A DNA stretch of 64,000 bases from Syntrophorhabdaceae bacterium (GCA_963666485.2 CAXXUO010000003.1:192001-256000); one strand, 5' to 3'; shown: positions 20,599 through 32,048, numbered from the stretch's first letter. The notes: a model not told the origin generated them from the sequence alone. Translations and numbers: made by a program.

Positions 20599-20809
20599 CA
20601 GCTCCAGAAATAAATGGGGGGGAAGTGCACGAGCGAGTTATATCCTGATTCCACCCCATTTTGTAGAGTAATTGATAGGCCGGCATGAAAAGGATTATCG
20701 ATATGTTTATCTGCCCTCTATTTTCAGTCTCGATTTTTCAGCTATTTTGGAGGTAATTATCGCCTGTTGCTACACCTAAAGTTGTGTATGAAAAAAGCAG
20801 CCTCGTGTC

Positions 20810-20825
20810 TCACCCGTTCGGGTGA
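20810..20825. promoter_or_regulatory. Perfect 7-2-7 palindrome, a candidate LuxR/NarL-type operator
   Basis: TCACCCG-TT-CGGGTGA lies about 70 nt upstream of the GlcD-like gene. Confidence 0.45.
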
Positions 20826-20896
20826 TTGTCGACTCAGTTATCCAATCATAAAATGAGCTTAACATGCTGCAGCAAATTCTATCAGGGGGGGGTCGA

Positions 20897-22273
20897 ATGG
20901 TAAAGAGTTCCGTCATTTCAAAGCTTTCGTCGGTACTGGGCCAGGAAAAGGTCGATACGACGCGTGAAGTCCGGAAAGCATATTCATATGATGGGACGAC
21001 GAACTGGATTTCGGAACCCGATGTCGTTGTTTTCCCATCAACCGCGGACGAGATATCCACGGTTCTGACAATCGCCAACGCAGAAAGAATACCCGTGACC
21101 CCAAGGGGAGCGGGGACCTGTTTGAGCGGCGGCCCTGTCCCGATACATAACGGAATCGTTCTCTGTACGGTAAACATGAACAATATTCTTAAAATCGATA
21201 TAGAGAACCGGACAGCCGCCGTGGAACCGGGCGTCGTACTGATGAATCTGAACAATGCGCTTGGCAGGGACGGGTTTTTCTTTCCTCCCGATCCTCAAAG
21301 CTTCTTGAGCGCCACAATAGCAGGTATGATCGCCGAAAACGCCGGTGGGCCAGCATGCCTCAAGTATGGGGTGACCCGGCAGTATATCCTTGGCCTTGAG
21401 GTCGTCCTGCCGACCGGAGAAATTGTCCATCTTGGCAAAAACCATTATGGAACACCCGGTTACAATCTTGCGGATCTCATCATTGGCTCCGAAGGAACCC
21501 TCGGAATAGTGACGGAAGCGCACTTAAAGATCCTCCCCGTCCCCGAAGCCAGAGAAACTATTCTTGGCATATATGACGATGTCGCCCTGGCTGGGGAGAA
21601 TGTGTACAGGATCCTTGAGAACGGCATCATACCCGGCAAAATCGAACTGATAGACAATTGGGTCATCAACAAGTTCGAGGACATGATGCATATCGGGCTT
21701 CCGCGTCAGGCCGATGCGGTGCTCCTCTTCGAAGTGGATGGCATGCAGGACGTCGTGGAAACCGAGGCGATGAGGATAGAGGAGATCGCCAGAACATACG
21801 GGGCCCAGGATGTCCGGATTGCGAAGGATGCAGACGAAGCGAACAGATACTGGATGGGCAGGCGTGCCGGTTTTGCCGCAGTGTTCGGTGCCGCAAAGAC
21901 CGTCATGGCAGAGGATGTGACGGTGCCGCGCGGGAATATACCTGACCTGATACGGGACTGCAAAGAAATAGGGAGGAAATATAAGGTCGAGATCGTTATC
22001 CTTGGTCACGCTGGGGATGGGAACCTCCACCCCGCTATCCTGACGGATTCCGATGACCACGAGCATTATGAGCTGGCAGAAAGGGCCATGGATGAAATAT
22101 TTTCAAGCGCCATACGGTTGGGCGGAGTTATCTCCGGTGAGCACGGGATCGGCCTTGAAAAACAGAGATACTTGAAAAGGGGCATCGAGCCAGCTGCCAT
22201 TAACATGATGAAGAACATCAAGGCCATTTTTGATCCGAACAATATTATGAATCCCGGGAAGATCTGGGAATAG
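20897..22273 (+). CDS. FAD-linked oxidase, GlcD / D-lactate dehydrogenase family
   Basis: Motifs TPRGAGTCLSGG, FPPDP, NAGG..CLKYGVT, GSEGTLG, GHAGDGNLH, GEHGIG and DPNNIMNPGK. Confidence 0.92.
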   Translation: MVKSSVISKLSSVLGQEKVDTTREVRKAYSYDGTTNWISEPDVVVFPSTADEISTVLTIANAERIPVTPRGAGTCLSGGPVPIHNGIVLCTVNMNNILKIDIENRTAAVEPGVVLMNLNNALGRDGFFFPPDPQSFLSATIAGMIAENAGGPACLKYGVTRQYILGLEVVLPTGEIVHLGKNHYGTPGYNLADLIIGSEGTLGIVTEAHLKILPVPEARETILGIYDDVALAGENVYRILENGIIPGKIELIDNWVINKFEDMMHIGLPRQADAVLLFEVDGMQDVVETEAMRIEEIARTYGAQDVRIAKDADEANRYWMGRRAGFAAVFGAAKTVMAEDVTVPRGNIPDLIRDCKEIGRKYKVEIVILGHAGDGNLHPAILTDSDDHEHYELAERAMDEIFSSAIRLGGVISGEHGIGLEKQRYLKRGIEPAAINMMKNIKAIFDPNNIMNPGKIWE

Positions 22274-22280
22274 CTGGACT

Positions 22281-22970
22281 TCACTTTACGTCATGGGTCG
22301 CGGCCCATACGGCCGCCTGTGTCCGGTCGCTCACGGTGAGTTTTGCGAATAGGTTCTTTAGGTGCGTCTTCACAGTATCGATGCTTATCCGGAGGATATC
22401 GGCGATCTGCTGGTTGGAAAAGCCCCGCGCGATAAGCTTTAGAACCTCCGTTTCCCGGCGCGTCAGGGATTTCTGCTGATCACTATCCGTGACATTCTGC
22501 CCACCCTTGCCTTCCGTCGCGTACAGCTGCTTCAACGTCTCTTCCAATGACTGGATATACTGTCTGCGCCGACGGTCTTCCTTTTTTCTATCTGTGATGA
22601 TTATCAGTATCTCGAAGATGTGTTTTACGGAACCGTTCTCATCAAATATTGGGTACGCCTTCACCTCGGCATACCGGCGTTCCTTGTTCGGAAGGTCAAG
22701 CCACCTCTCCATGATGCAGGCCTCCTTCGTGTCGCAGACGATCTCAAGCATGCAAAACGGACATGGCGTCGCCCTTCTGCGCCATACCTCATAACAGGGC
22801 TTCCCGATCATCTCGGCGAGCGGCGTGTCGACTGCTCCGGCCATCGTCCTGTTGGCCCAGAGAACGGTGTAGTCTTTATTGAGTATATTGACGGCAATAT
22901 CGGGCGCATTCTCGAAGACTGCCTTAAAAAGATTCAATGAAATGTCAAAGGAAGGGTGTTCTTGTTTCAC
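22281..22970 (-). CDS. PAS-domain LuxR-family transcriptional regulator
   Basis: N-terminal PAS domain (with GKPCY and CPFC) and a C-terminal LuxR HTH (LTRRETEVLKLIARGFSNQQIA...TVKTH). Confidence 0.9.
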   Translation of the reverse strand: MKQEHPSFDISLNLFKAVFENAPDIAVNILNKDYTVLWANRTMAGAVDTPLAEMIGKPCYEVWRRRATPCPFCMLEIVCDTKEACIMERWLDLPNKERRYAEVKAYPIFDENGSVKHIFEILIIITDRKKEDRRRRQYIQSLEETLKQLYATEGKGGQNVTDSDQQKSLTRRETEVLKLIARGFSNQQIADILRISIDTVKTHLKNLFAKLTVSDRTQAAVWAATHDVK

Positions 22971-23450
22971 CTGGTAACCGATGTCCTTGAAAAATTAAAC
23001 AAACATTCCTTTAGAAGAGCTATTCCCCACTCGCCACATTTCTCCCATTATCCTATAATTCCAAATAGTCTGCAAAGAAGATCTTTTGATTATCGGTTGA
23101 AATCCAAGATGTCTTGAATTTTATCACCTCATTGACTGTAGAAAGGGATTAAGATGTACCGACGTCGATTTCCCGAGCACTCCTTTGCAACGGACAACCG
23201 TCCAAACCGAATTACTGGTGGCCATCATAGCACATTACTTCTTCTGTTAAGGATTAGCATCTTAATGTCCCCAGGGGGTTTGAACCGCCTTTGACCTTTG
23301 ACTATTAAGGGTTTATGACCCGTTCCAGAACGAAAAGGCAACGAGGGCGTTCAATATCCATACAATTCCTTCAATTCCTGATTTATACTCTTGTAGTAGC
23401 CCCCGTATAAACCGGACGCCCGCATATCCAAAAAAATGTAGCAGCAGACA

Positions 23451-23477
23451 TTAAGGAAAATCCATTTATTCCGATAT
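23451..23477 (+). promoter_or_regulatory. Candidate sigma-28 (FliA) promoter
   Basis: TTAAGGAA-N11-TCCGATAT fits the geometry of TAAAGTTT-N11-GCCGATAA and lies upstream of the chemotaxis genes. Confidence 0.45.
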
Positions 23478-23537
23478 CACTATGTAGAGCGATGATACTC
23501 CGGAAAAAAATATAGCTGTGCAAAAGGTTAAAAAGAG

Positions 23538-23894
23538 ATGGAAAACGTGACAGAACGTACCGGGGACGGTATTGTCCTTAAGATCTCCGGCAGGGTAACG
23601 ATCGCGGATGCCAATGAGTTCAAACAGATGATGATGCGGGAGGTGCCGTCGGGCAGCAACGTTACGATCGACTTGACCGGCATTGACGAATGCGATCTTT
23701 CTTTATTCCAGCTGCTGTGCGCAAGCCACAGGCAATTGCTCAGGACGTCGGGTTCAATGATACCAGGCAAATACTCCGACGAAGTGTATGAGACCATGAG
23801 ATCGGCTGGGATCCTCCGCGATTCAGGCTGCATCGAGAATAGGAACGAAAATTGCCTCTGGCAGCGGCAAAACAAAGGTGGGACGCCGTTATGA
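23538..23894 (+). CDS. STAS-domain protein of the chemotaxis cluster
   Basis: STAS_2 pattern LKISGRVTI...IDLTGIDECDLSLFQLLC; overlaps the cheA start. Confidence 0.85.
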   Translation: MENVTERTGDGIVLKISGRVTIADANEFKQMMMREVPSGSNVTIDLTGIDECDLSLFQLLCASHRQLLRTSGSMIPGKYSDEVYETMRSAGILRDSGCIENRNENCLWQRQNKGGTPL

Positions 23895-25999
23895 CAACGG
23901 ACATTCATGTTAAGGCTTTTATCGAAGAGGCCTTTGACTTATTAGCAAACCTGGAGATTTCCCTCCTTGAACTGGAAGAAAACCCTGACAATTCCGAATT
24001 GATCGGACAGGTGTTCCGGTCTCTGCACACGATCAAAGGCTCCGGCTCTATGTTTGGTTTTGATAACATAGCCAACTTTACACATACCGTAGAGACGACA
24101 TTTGACGATGTCCGGGAGGGAAAGCTGCCGGTAAGCCGGGAACTTATCAGCCTGACTCTTCAGGCCAAAGACCTGATACGCGCAATGATCGAATCCCAGG
24201 ACGATGTGTCATTATCGGGAAAGGGTCAATCCATACTGGACGGAATCCAGGCAATAGCCCGGGGCGGTGCGGGTGCGCGCGATGCGGCCATGGGGCAGTC
24301 CGGGGCGGGAAGTGGGCGCGCGCAATCACCCATTACGGAGATGGAAAGCACGTACCGAATCCGTTTTCGGCCATCCCGCGGGATATTTCTGACCGGGACC
24401 AACCCAATCCTCCTTCTCAATGAACTGCGTTTACTAGGCGAATGCGGTGTATTTGCAGAATTGAACGAAATACCCTCGCTCGATTCCATCGAGCCGGAGT
24501 CATGCTACATAATCTGGGATATTATCCTGACCACCGACAGGGGGATAGATGCGATAAAAGACGTCTTCATCTTCATCGATGACGATAACGTAATCGACAT
24601 TGCCTCCGTCGATGACGGGGATGCGACAGTTGAAGGAGTCGGGCCTAAAAAGCTCGGCGAGATTCTTGTTGAAAGGAAAGATATCGAAAGCTCAGACCTT
24701 GCCGCGGCCCTCGCCGAAAAGAAGATGATTGGTGAGATACTCATCGATAAAGGTCTCGTATCACGCGAAAAGGTAGAATCCGCGCTTATCGAACAGGAAC
24801 AGATAAGCAAGGCACGACGGGCCATCAAGAACGAACAGGAGGCAGCATCAAGTATCCGGGTACCAGCTGAAAAACTCGATACCCTCGTAAATCTCGTCGG
24901 CGAGCTGGTTACCGTACAGGCCCGCCTGACCCAGCTTGCGTCCTACCTCGGAATCCCTGACCTGGTCTCGATAGCTGAAGAGGTTGAATCGCTCACGAGC
25001 GACCTCAGGGACAACACCCTCAATATAAGGATGCTCCCGATTGGGACAACTTTTGGGCGGTTCAAGAGACTTGTCCGCGACCTTTCGCGGGAACTCGGGC
25101 GAGAGGTTGAAATGACAACCGAGGGGGCGGAAACAGAGCTCGACAAGACCGTTATCGAGCGCCTGAACGACCCGTTGGTCCACCTCATCAGGAATTCCAT
25201 CGACCATGGCATCGAGGGCCCGGAAGTTCGCCAGGGTCTCGGCAAACCGGCCGCCGGCATGTTAAATATTACCGCCCGACATTCGGGGGCCTACGTCCTT
25301 ATTGAGATCACGGACGACGGGGCCGGTATCGACAAGGATGTCGTGCGCCAGAAGGCACTTGAAAAAGGGATTATCAGCCCTGACTCAGAACTTCAGGATA
25401 AGGAGATATTCTCACTTATCTTCGCCCCCGGCTTTTCCACGGCTGCGACCGTCACCAACGTATCGGGCCGAGGCGTAGGCATGGATGTCGTGAAAAGAAC
25501 AATAGACAACCTGAGAGGGTCTGTCGAAGTTAATAGTGAAAAAGGTGTAGGCACTACCGTAACCCTGAAGCTGCCGTTGACGCTTGCGATCATCGAGGGA
25601 CTCCTTGTTGAAATAGAAGAACAATTCTTTATTCTCCCTCTTCCCATGGTCCACGAATGCGTAGAGCTTACACGCCGTGACGTCGAAAGATCGAATGGGA
25701 AAAATATCGCCAATATCCGGGGGGAGATGGTCCCCTATATCCGGCTTCGTGATTCTTTTGGCATGCGGGGCTCGCGGCCCGATATCGAGCAGATCGTCAT
25801 AACCGAGATAGATCGGGAGAGAATCGGTCTCGTCGTTGACCATGTCATTGGAGAACACCAAACTGTAATTAAATCGTTGGGCAAAGTCTACAGAAATGTC
25901 CATGGCATATCGGGAGCAACCATCCTGGGAGACGGGACGGTAGCCCTGATCATGGATGTCGTACCGCTGGTCAACGATAGCTACGCCAAGGCAAGTTAA
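23891..25999 (+). CDS. cheA: Chemotaxis histidine kinase CheA
   Basis: Hpt motif FRSLHTIKGS, dimerisation LVNLVGELV, HLIRNSIDHG, SGRGVGMDVV and a C-terminal CheW domain. Confidence 0.97.
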   Translation: MTTDIHVKAFIEEAFDLLANLEISLLELEENPDNSELIGQVFRSLHTIKGSGSMFGFDNIANFTHTVETTFDDVREGKLPVSRELISLTLQAKDLIRAMIESQDDVSLSGKGQSILDGIQAIARGGAGARDAAMGQSGAGSGRAQSPITEMESTYRIRFRPSRGIFLTGTNPILLLNELRLLGECGVFAELNEIPSLDSIEPESCYIIWDIILTTDRGIDAIKDVFIFIDDDNVIDIASVDDGDATVEGVGPKKLGEILVERKDIESSDLAAALAEKKMIGEILIDKGLVSREKVESALIEQEQISKARRAIKNEQEAASSIRVPAEKLDTLVNLVGELVTVQARLTQLASYLGIPDLVSIAEEVESLTSDLRDNTLNIRMLPIGTTFGRFKRLVRDLSRELGREVEMTTEGAETELDKTVIERLNDPLVHLIRNSIDHGIEGPEVRQGLGKPAAGMLNITARHSGAYVLIEITDDGAGIDKDVVRQKALEKGIISPDSELQDKEIFSLIFAPGFSTAATVTNVSGRGVGMDVVKRTIDNLRGSVEVNSEKGVGTTVTLKLPLTLAIIEGLLVEIEEQFFILPLPMVHECVELTRRDVERSNGKNIANIRGEMVPYIRLRDSFGMRGSRPDIEQIVITEIDRERIGLVVDHVIGEHQTVIKSLGKVYRNVHGISGATILGDGTVALIMDVVPLVNDSYAKAS

Positions 26000-26092
26000 A
26001 CACCGCAGTGTGATTCGCGGGAGGAATCAAGTCTGCCTGCGCCACGCGAGAATTCTTAATTTAAGGCCCAGAAGGGGCCGGGGAGGCTTTAA

Positions 26093-27808
26093 ATGAAACG
26101 GTTCGGCAATTGGTCAATTTCCACAAAAGTCATGAGTATATCGGTGTTGACCATAGTAATCATGGTATGCGGTATGTTCTTTTACTATCTTCCGCTCGTT
26201 AAGGGAAAGCTGATGGACGAAAAACAACTGGCCATAAAACACGTGACAGAGCTTGCCGAAAGCCAGATGGCGTCATATGACGCGCGGGTCAAGGCGGGAG
26301 AATTTACCCTTGAAGAAGCCCAGAAGAGAATGACCGCGAACATCAAGGCTATGCGCTACGACGGCAGTGAATATTTCTGGGTTCTCAATACCGCCGGGAA
26401 GATGGTAGTGCATGGCGTGAAGCAGGAATTGGTCGGCAAAGACATGGGTGAAGATATTTTCAAGGATGCTACGGGAAAGTATTTCGTGAAAGAAATGGTG
26501 ACGATCGCAAAGACTAAGGGAGAAGGATATATAGATTATCAATATCCGAGACCCGGCCAGTCGCAGCCCGCTCCCAAGCTGGGTTTCGTCAAGATGTTCG
26601 CCCCCTGGGGCTGGATGGTGGGCACGGGAATATACGTAGATACCGTACATGCTGAAATGAACAAGATGCAATGGCAGATCATTCTCGGGACTGTTGCGTG
26701 CGCCATTATCATTCTGTGCATCGCCTTCTGGGTCTCGCGTAAAATAAAACTTGCCCTAAATGAGGCTGTAGGTGTCGCCAACCACCTCGCTAATGGAAAC
26801 CTGACACTTGATGTCATCGCGAGAAGCGAGGATGAGACAGGCAGGCTGCTCGCCGCCATGAGAAACATGGTAGAAAAACTCAGGGAAGTAGTCGAAGGTG
26901 TATCCACAGCATCGGACAACGTTGCTGCTGCAAGCCAACAAATGAGCTCCGGCTCGCAGCAGGTGTCCGAAGGGGCTACCGTTCAGGCAGCATCGGCCGA
27001 AGAGGTCTCCTCTTCCATGGAGCAAATGACATCGAACATCAAGCAGAATGCGGACAACGCCAACCAGACTGAAAAGATAGCCCTGAAAGCGGCTACTGAG
27101 GCAAAAGAAGGTGGCCATGCCGTTACGGAGACCGTGTCAGCGATGAAGGACATCGCAATAAAGATATCGATCATCGAGGAGATAGCGCGCCAGACGAATC
27201 TCCTCGCGCTGAATGCAGCGATAGAGGCGGCACGGGCGGGAGAACACGGAAAGGGGTTCGCCGTCGTGGCGACCGAGGTCCGCAAACTGGCAGAACGAAG
27301 CCAGACAGCTGCCGCCGAGATCTCGAAGCTCTCCGCATCATCGGTGGAGATTGCCGAGAAGGCTGGTGACATGCTGACGAGGATTGTGCCGGACATCCAG
27401 AAGACGGCTGAACTTGTCCAGGAGATAAGCGCGGCAAGCAACGAGCAGAACGCCGGGGCGGAACAGATCAATAAAGCCATCCAGCAACTCGACCATGTCA
27501 TCCAGGAGAATGCCTCGGCAACCGAGGAGATGGCATCGACCGCCGAAGAACTTTCGTCTCAGGCCGAACATCTCCAGGATATCATCGGTTTCTTCAAGGT
27601 AGGTACCGATCACGGCGACCACCACAGGATACAGAAGAAAAAGGTGGCTGCCGGCACTGTCGCACAGAAAAACGCTAAGAAGCTTCCCCAGGTCGGGACA
27701 CACAATGACGGGTCGAACGACAGGAAAACGTCAGATAACACATCGGGCGTAAACCTCGACATGAAGCTTGACCATGACCGGTTGGACTCTGGATTCGAGA
27801 GGTTCTAA
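26093..27808 (+). CDS. Methyl-accepting chemotaxis protein (Cache, HAMP, MCP signal domain)
   Basis: Two TM helices, a Cache_2-like YFWV...HG motif, HAMP, and [30 protein letters not shown]. Confidence 0.96.
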   Translation: MKRFGNWSISTKVMSISVLTIVIMVCGMFFYYLPLVKGKLMDEKQLAIKHVTELAESQMASYDARVKAGEFTLEEAQKRMTANIKAMRYDGSEYFWVLNTAGKMVVHGVKQELVGKDMGEDIFKDATGKYFVKEMVTIAKTKGEGYIDYQYPRPGQSQPAPKLGFVKMFAPWGWMVGTGIYVDTVHAEMNKMQWQIILGTVACAIIILCIAFWVSRKIKLALNEAVGVANHLANGNLTLDVIARSEDETGRLLAAMRNMVEKLREVVEGVSTASDNVAAASQQMSSGSQQVSEGATVQAASAEEVSSSMEQMTSNIKQNADNANQTEKIALKAATEAKEGGHAVTETVSAMKDIAIKISIIEEIARQTNLLALNAAIEAARAGEHGKGFAVVATEVRKLAERSQTAAAEISKLSASSVEIAEKAGDMLTRIVPDIQKTAELVQEISAASNEQNAGAEQINKAIQQLDHVIQENASATEEMASTAEELSSQAEHLQDIIGFFKVGTDHGDHHRIQKKKVAAGTVAQKNAKKLPQVGTHNDGSNDRKTSDNTSGVNLDMKLDHDRLDSGFERF

Positions 27809-27838
27809 GCCACGAATTAAATAATAACCCCCACAGTC

Positions 27839-27864
27839 TGCGGGGGCCTTAAAAAGCCCCCGCA
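27839..27864 (+). terminator. GC-rich hairpin between mcp and cheW
   Basis: TGCGGGGGC-CTTAAAAA-GCCCCCGCA forms a 9-bp stem. There is no U-tract, so it may be a stabilising element instead. Confidence 0.4.
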
Positions 27865-27901
27865 TGATATGCACGAATGACTTGAGAAGGAGAACGTAAA
27901 G

Positions 27902-28405
27902 ATGAGCACGAACACGAGACAATACCTGACGTTCCAGCTTGGTGAAGAGATCTTCGCGATCGATGTCGTCAATGTCCGTGAGATACTGGAATTTAGTACG
28001 GTGACAAAGGTACCGCAGACCCCCGATTACATGCGTGGCGTCATAAACCTGAGGGGAAGCGTCGTCCCCGTTCTCGACATGCGGCTTAAGTTCGGCATGT
28101 CCATCACGGAAAAGACGATCAACACGTGTGTTGTCGTCGTTGAAGTGGTTATGGAAGATGAGAACGTTATTATAGGCGCTCTCGTCGATTCTGTTCAGGA
28201 GGTCTTCGAGCTCGACCCCGATTCGATCGAGCCCGCTCCCCGTATAGGGATCCAGCTCAGGAACGGCTTCATTAAAGGAATGGGCAAAAAGGATGACCGC
28301 TTTGTCATCATACTCGACATAGAGCGGGTATTCTCTTCTGAGGAACTCTCCGGGATCGTAGATATGGCAGACGCCCAATCCCCGGTTAAAGCAGCGAACG
28401 AGTAA
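27902..28405 (+). CDS. cheW: Chemotaxis coupling protein CheW
   Basis: Motifs QYLTFQLGEEIFAI, GVINLRGSVVPVLD and GALVDSVQEV. Confidence 0.96.
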   Translation: MSTNTRQYLTFQLGEEIFAIDVVNVREILEFSTVTKVPQTPDYMRGVINLRGSVVPVLDMRLKFGMSITEKTINTCVVVVEVVMEDENVIIGALVDSVQEVFELDPDSIEPAPRIGIQLRNGFIKGMGKKDDRFVIILDIERVFSSEELSGIVDMADAQSPVKAANE

Positions 28406-28565
28406 AGATTATTTGGAAGATCCACACGATTAGACGTGCGCTGACGTTATTGTTCTTCACGCGCCGCCAGGTCGGGCATAACGACCCGCTTTATCTTTCT
28501 CTGGTAGACCGAAAAATCGTCGGAGTGGATTACGGAGATATACAATCAATAAATTACTATTAATT

Positions 28566-30800
28566 TTGCAGGCACCGTGGTACGATGCCTTTAAATCCAA
28601 CACAAGGGGGGACAACATCCCAGGCCGCCCTACCGACAATACCAGCGAATTGCACCGTCGTATTGCCGATAACCGGACCATCTTCGATTCGGTGCTTTCC
28701 GGGATCATGATCATCGATGCGCGGGAACATACGATCGTGGACATCAATCCGGCCGCGTGTGCCATGTTCGGCGACGTGCGGGAAAATGTGATCGGCTCGG
28801 TATGCCATACGTACATATGCCCCGCAGAAGCAGGCAGATGTCCCATTACTGATCTCGGGCACACGGTGGACAACTCCGAACGGACGCTTGTCCGGGTAAA
28901 CGGGCAGGCATGCCCGGTCCTCAAGACCGTGACCTCAGTGCAATTCGGCGGGAGGGAATATCTCGTCGAGGCCATAACAGACATATCGGTGCAAAAAGAA
29001 GCTGAAGCCCAACTGAAAAAGCACAAGGATGCCCTGCAGGAACTTGTCGACGAACGCACGGCGGAGGTCGCGAGGGCCAATAAATCCCTCGTTGATTGCG
29101 TCAGGGTACTCGAAGACCTCAAAGAAACCGCCAGGGAAAGGGAACTGCTGCTTCATGAGTTGATTTCGACCTTCCCGGGCGTTGCCTATCAATTCTACGC
29201 CCGCCCGGACGGGACAACCGGGCTTCATTACGCGAGCGTACAGACAAAAAGCGTGTTTGGCCTGGAAACAGGGCTTGAAGATCTGCTCGAGAAGTTCGAG
29301 GCACAGGTTGTCCCTGAATGTGCCGGGGATTTTATACGGTCTATCAGCCAGGCCATAGCTGAACGTACCCGGTGGAACTATGAGGGGAGGTTCCGAAAAC
29401 CTACGGGTGAGACAATATGGTTCAGCGGCGATGCCATGCCCGTCGTACACGAGGGCGAGATAGTGTTCAACGGGGTGTTGTTCGATGTGACCGAACGAAA
29501 ACGCGCTGAGGACACTCTCAGGGACAGGGAAGAGCGATACAGGGCCTTGTTTGAAAACACCGGTGCAGCTACTGCCATAATCAGCCGAGACACGGTCATC
29601 AGTCTCTGCAATTCCGAGTTTGAGCGCCTGACAGGGTATTCCAAAGCCGAGATCGAGGGCAGCATGAGCTGGACTGTGTTTACCCATCATGATGATGTCG
29701 ACGAGATGCTGGTACAGCACCATCTGCGCCGCAAGGACCGCGACCTTGCACTGGAGTGGTATGAGTTCAGGGTTGTCAGACGCAACGGGGAGGTCCGCGA
29801 TGTATACCTGGTGGCGGATATTATCCCCGGGACAGATGAAACCGTGGCGTCCCTGACGGACATTACCGAACGTAAAAAGATGGAGACGGAACTGAAGGCG
29901 CACCGCGATCATCTCGAGCACCTCGTGGTCGAGCGTACCGCGGAGATACAGGAAGAGGTCGCGAAAAGGAAGTCCAGGGAGGAACAATACCTGTCGCTTG
30001 TCGAATCAATGGTCGAATGGGTCTGGGAAACGGATGCGGATTTTATTTATACGTACGTGAGCCCCCGGATCCACGATGTTCTTGGATATTATCCGGAGGA
30101 GCTGATCGGGATAAGTCCCGCCGATATTATGCCTCAAGAGGAAAGAGAACGGACCGAGCCCTTTATCAGGAAACATTTTGCGGACAAGGCAAGATTCATC
30201 GAATTCGAGACCGCGCACATTCACAAGAATGGCGAACTGGTCTTCATAGAAGCGAACGGGAGGCCTTATTGTGACGATTCGGGCAGGCTTCTGGGTTACC
30301 GGGGAAGCTGCCACGACATCACAGCCCGGAAGAATGCCAGGGAAGCCCTGCTTGCCAGGGAGCGCGAATTGACGCTGAAATCGAGGACCCTCGAGGAGGT
30401 CAATACGTCCCTGAAGGTGCTGCTCAAGCAAAGGGAGGAAGACAGGAGGGAGCTCGAAGGCAGGTTTGTGTCGAACGTGAGAAAAATGGTCCTGCCCTAC
30501 CTGGGAAAGATACCCAGGGACGGCCTCGAGGCGAAACACAGGACATGTCTCGATATTGCCTCGGCCAACCTGAATGAGATAGTGTCACCCTTTCTCAACA
30601 GCATTAGTCAGCTGAATTTCACCCTGAAGGAAACCGAGGTTGCGTTTTTCATACGGGACGGGAAGACGACCCGGGAGATAGCGAAAATCATGGGCCTTGC
30701 CCCCAGCGCCATACATTCACACAGGAACAATATCCGCAGGAAGCTCAATCTCAACAATAAGAAAGCCAATCTCCGCTCGTACCTTATGTCCCTTAAATAG
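28566..30800 (+). CDS. Multi-PAS LuxR-family transcriptional regulator (start uncertain)
   Basis: Four PAS domains, coiled-coil linkers, and a C-terminal LuxR HTH (FTLKETEVAFFIRDGKTTREIA...HRNNIRRKL). Confidence 0.88.
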   Translation: MQAPWYDAFKSNTRGDNIPGRPTDNTSELHRRIADNRTIFDSVLSGIMIIDAREHTIVDINPAACAMFGDVRENVIGSVCHTYICPAEAGRCPITDLGHTVDNSERTLVRVNGQACPVLKTVTSVQFGGREYLVEAITDISVQKEAEAQLKKHKDALQELVDERTAEVARANKSLVDCVRVLEDLKETARERELLLHELISTFPGVAYQFYARPDGTTGLHYASVQTKSVFGLETGLEDLLEKFEAQVVPECAGDFIRSISQAIAERTRWNYEGRFRKPTGETIWFSGDAMPVVHEGEIVFNGVLFDVTERKRAEDTLRDREERYRALFENTGAATAIISRDTVISLCNSEFERLTGYSKAEIEGSMSWTVFTHHDDVDEMLVQHHLRRKDRDLALEWYEFRVVRRNGEVRDVYLVADIIPGTDETVASLTDITERKKMETELKAHRDHLEHLVVERTAEIQEEVAKRKSREEQYLSLVESMVEWVWETDADFIYTYVSPRIHDVLGYYPEELIGISPADIMPQEERERTEPFIRKHFADKARFIEFETAHIHKNGELVFIEANGRPYCDDSGRLLGYRGSCHDITARKNAREALLARERELTLKSRTLEEVNTSLKVLLKQREEDRRELEGRFVSNVRKMVLPYLGKIPRDGLEAKHRTCLDIASANLNEIVSPFLNSISQLNFTLKETEVAFFIRDGKTTREIAKIMGLAPSAIHSHRNNIRRKLNLNNKKANLRSYLMSLK

Positions 30801-31361
30801 CCGGTCTTTTTATCGGCGAAGAAATTCGAGCCGCGTTGCCCTCCCGTGTGCGAGCGCCAATCTGGGAGTCGGCATCCGAGATGGTACCTACCTCTTTTGC
30901 CGAGTTGTCGTCGTAAACGACCGTCTCGGTCATATCGTTGATAGCTGAAATCAGGGACCTATCTTTGGCCACAAACATCCCGATCAATGTCAATGCTTCC
31001 TACATGAACACCATCATTCCCCGAATAAGAATATGTAGGGGCGACAAAATGACAGTATCCCTGCAGTATGGCGCGATCTATACGTACATCATAGTGAATT
31101 TCACCCATCACAGAACATAGATCCGCGATACATCGCTAAAATCTGTTTCCCGGCATTAGAAAGAAAGTATGCCAGCGTACTGGCCATCTCTTAGCTACTT
31201 CCTTCCTGAAATTCCCGAGTGGTAAATTTTAGCAAATGATATATATTTCTTTTGGTAATTGTGCGGATATTGACATGTAAGCGAAACCTAAATGAAAGGG
31301 ATTATGACTATCCATCCAATCATTGGTTGAGCACCAAAATCAAACATGAAAGGAGAAAGAC

Positions 31362-32048
31362 ATGAAAACGAACAAGTGGATGATTGACCCCAAGGACGCA
31401 GTTCTGTTACTGATTGATCATCAAAGCGGGTTGTTCCAATTGGTCCGGGACATTGACCAGCTTACCCTGCGCTCGCACGTGACCGCCCTCGCAAAGGTGG
31501 CACGACTCGCTAAGATCCCTACGTTCACAACGGCCTCGGTCCCTGACGGACCGAACGGTCCCCTCATTCCCGAAATCCATCAGTACAACCCCGAAGCCGT
31601 TTACATTCCGCGGACCGGCCAGATCAACGCCTGGGACAACCCGGCATGGATCGAAGCTATCGAGAAAACGAAACGCAAGACTCTACTCATCGCCGGCACG
31701 CTCACGAGCGTCTGCATGTCCTTTCCCGCACTCAGCGCCCTCGTAGCCGGGTACAAGGTGTTCTGTATCATCGATGCCTCGGGGAACTGGAGCAAGATGG
31801 CCACCGACGTGACGCTTGCCCGCGTCTCGCAGGCCGGTGCGGTGCCCGTCGATACCTATGCCGTCCTCGCCGAACTGATGAGCACCTGGAACCGGCCCGA
31901 TGCGATGGACTTCGCGCAAATCATGGTCGAGCACATCGTGCCCCCTTACCGTGCACTGATGGAGAGCTACGAGAAGGCACAGAGCGTCCACAAAAGCGGG
32001 AGGGAAACCAAGCTGGACCGCCTGGAGGCTTCAAAAGCTAAGAAGTGA
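31362..32048 (+). CDS. Isochorismatase-family (YcaC-like) cysteine hydrolase
   Basis: Motifs [21 protein letters not shown] and TSVC; AAGGAG RBS. Confidence 0.9.
   Translation: MKTNKWMIDPKDAVLLLIDHQSGLFQLVRDIDQLTLRSHVTALAKVARLAKIPTFTTASVPDGPNGPLIPEIHQYNPEAVYIPRTGQINAWDNPAWIEAIEKTKRKTLLIAGTLTSVCMSFPALSALVAGYKVFCIIDASGNWSKMATDVTLARVSQAGAVPVDTYAVLAELMSTWNRPDAMDFAQIMVEHIVPPYRALMESYEKAQSVHKSGRETKLDRLEASKAKK

Noticed and set aside
23000..23450. c-di-GMP riboswitch upstream of the chemotaxis genes
   Set aside because: No GEMM-type consensus was found by eye.
30793..31020. Remnant of an MCP four-helix-bundle N-terminus on the minus strand
   Set aside because: The similarity is too vague to support by eye.
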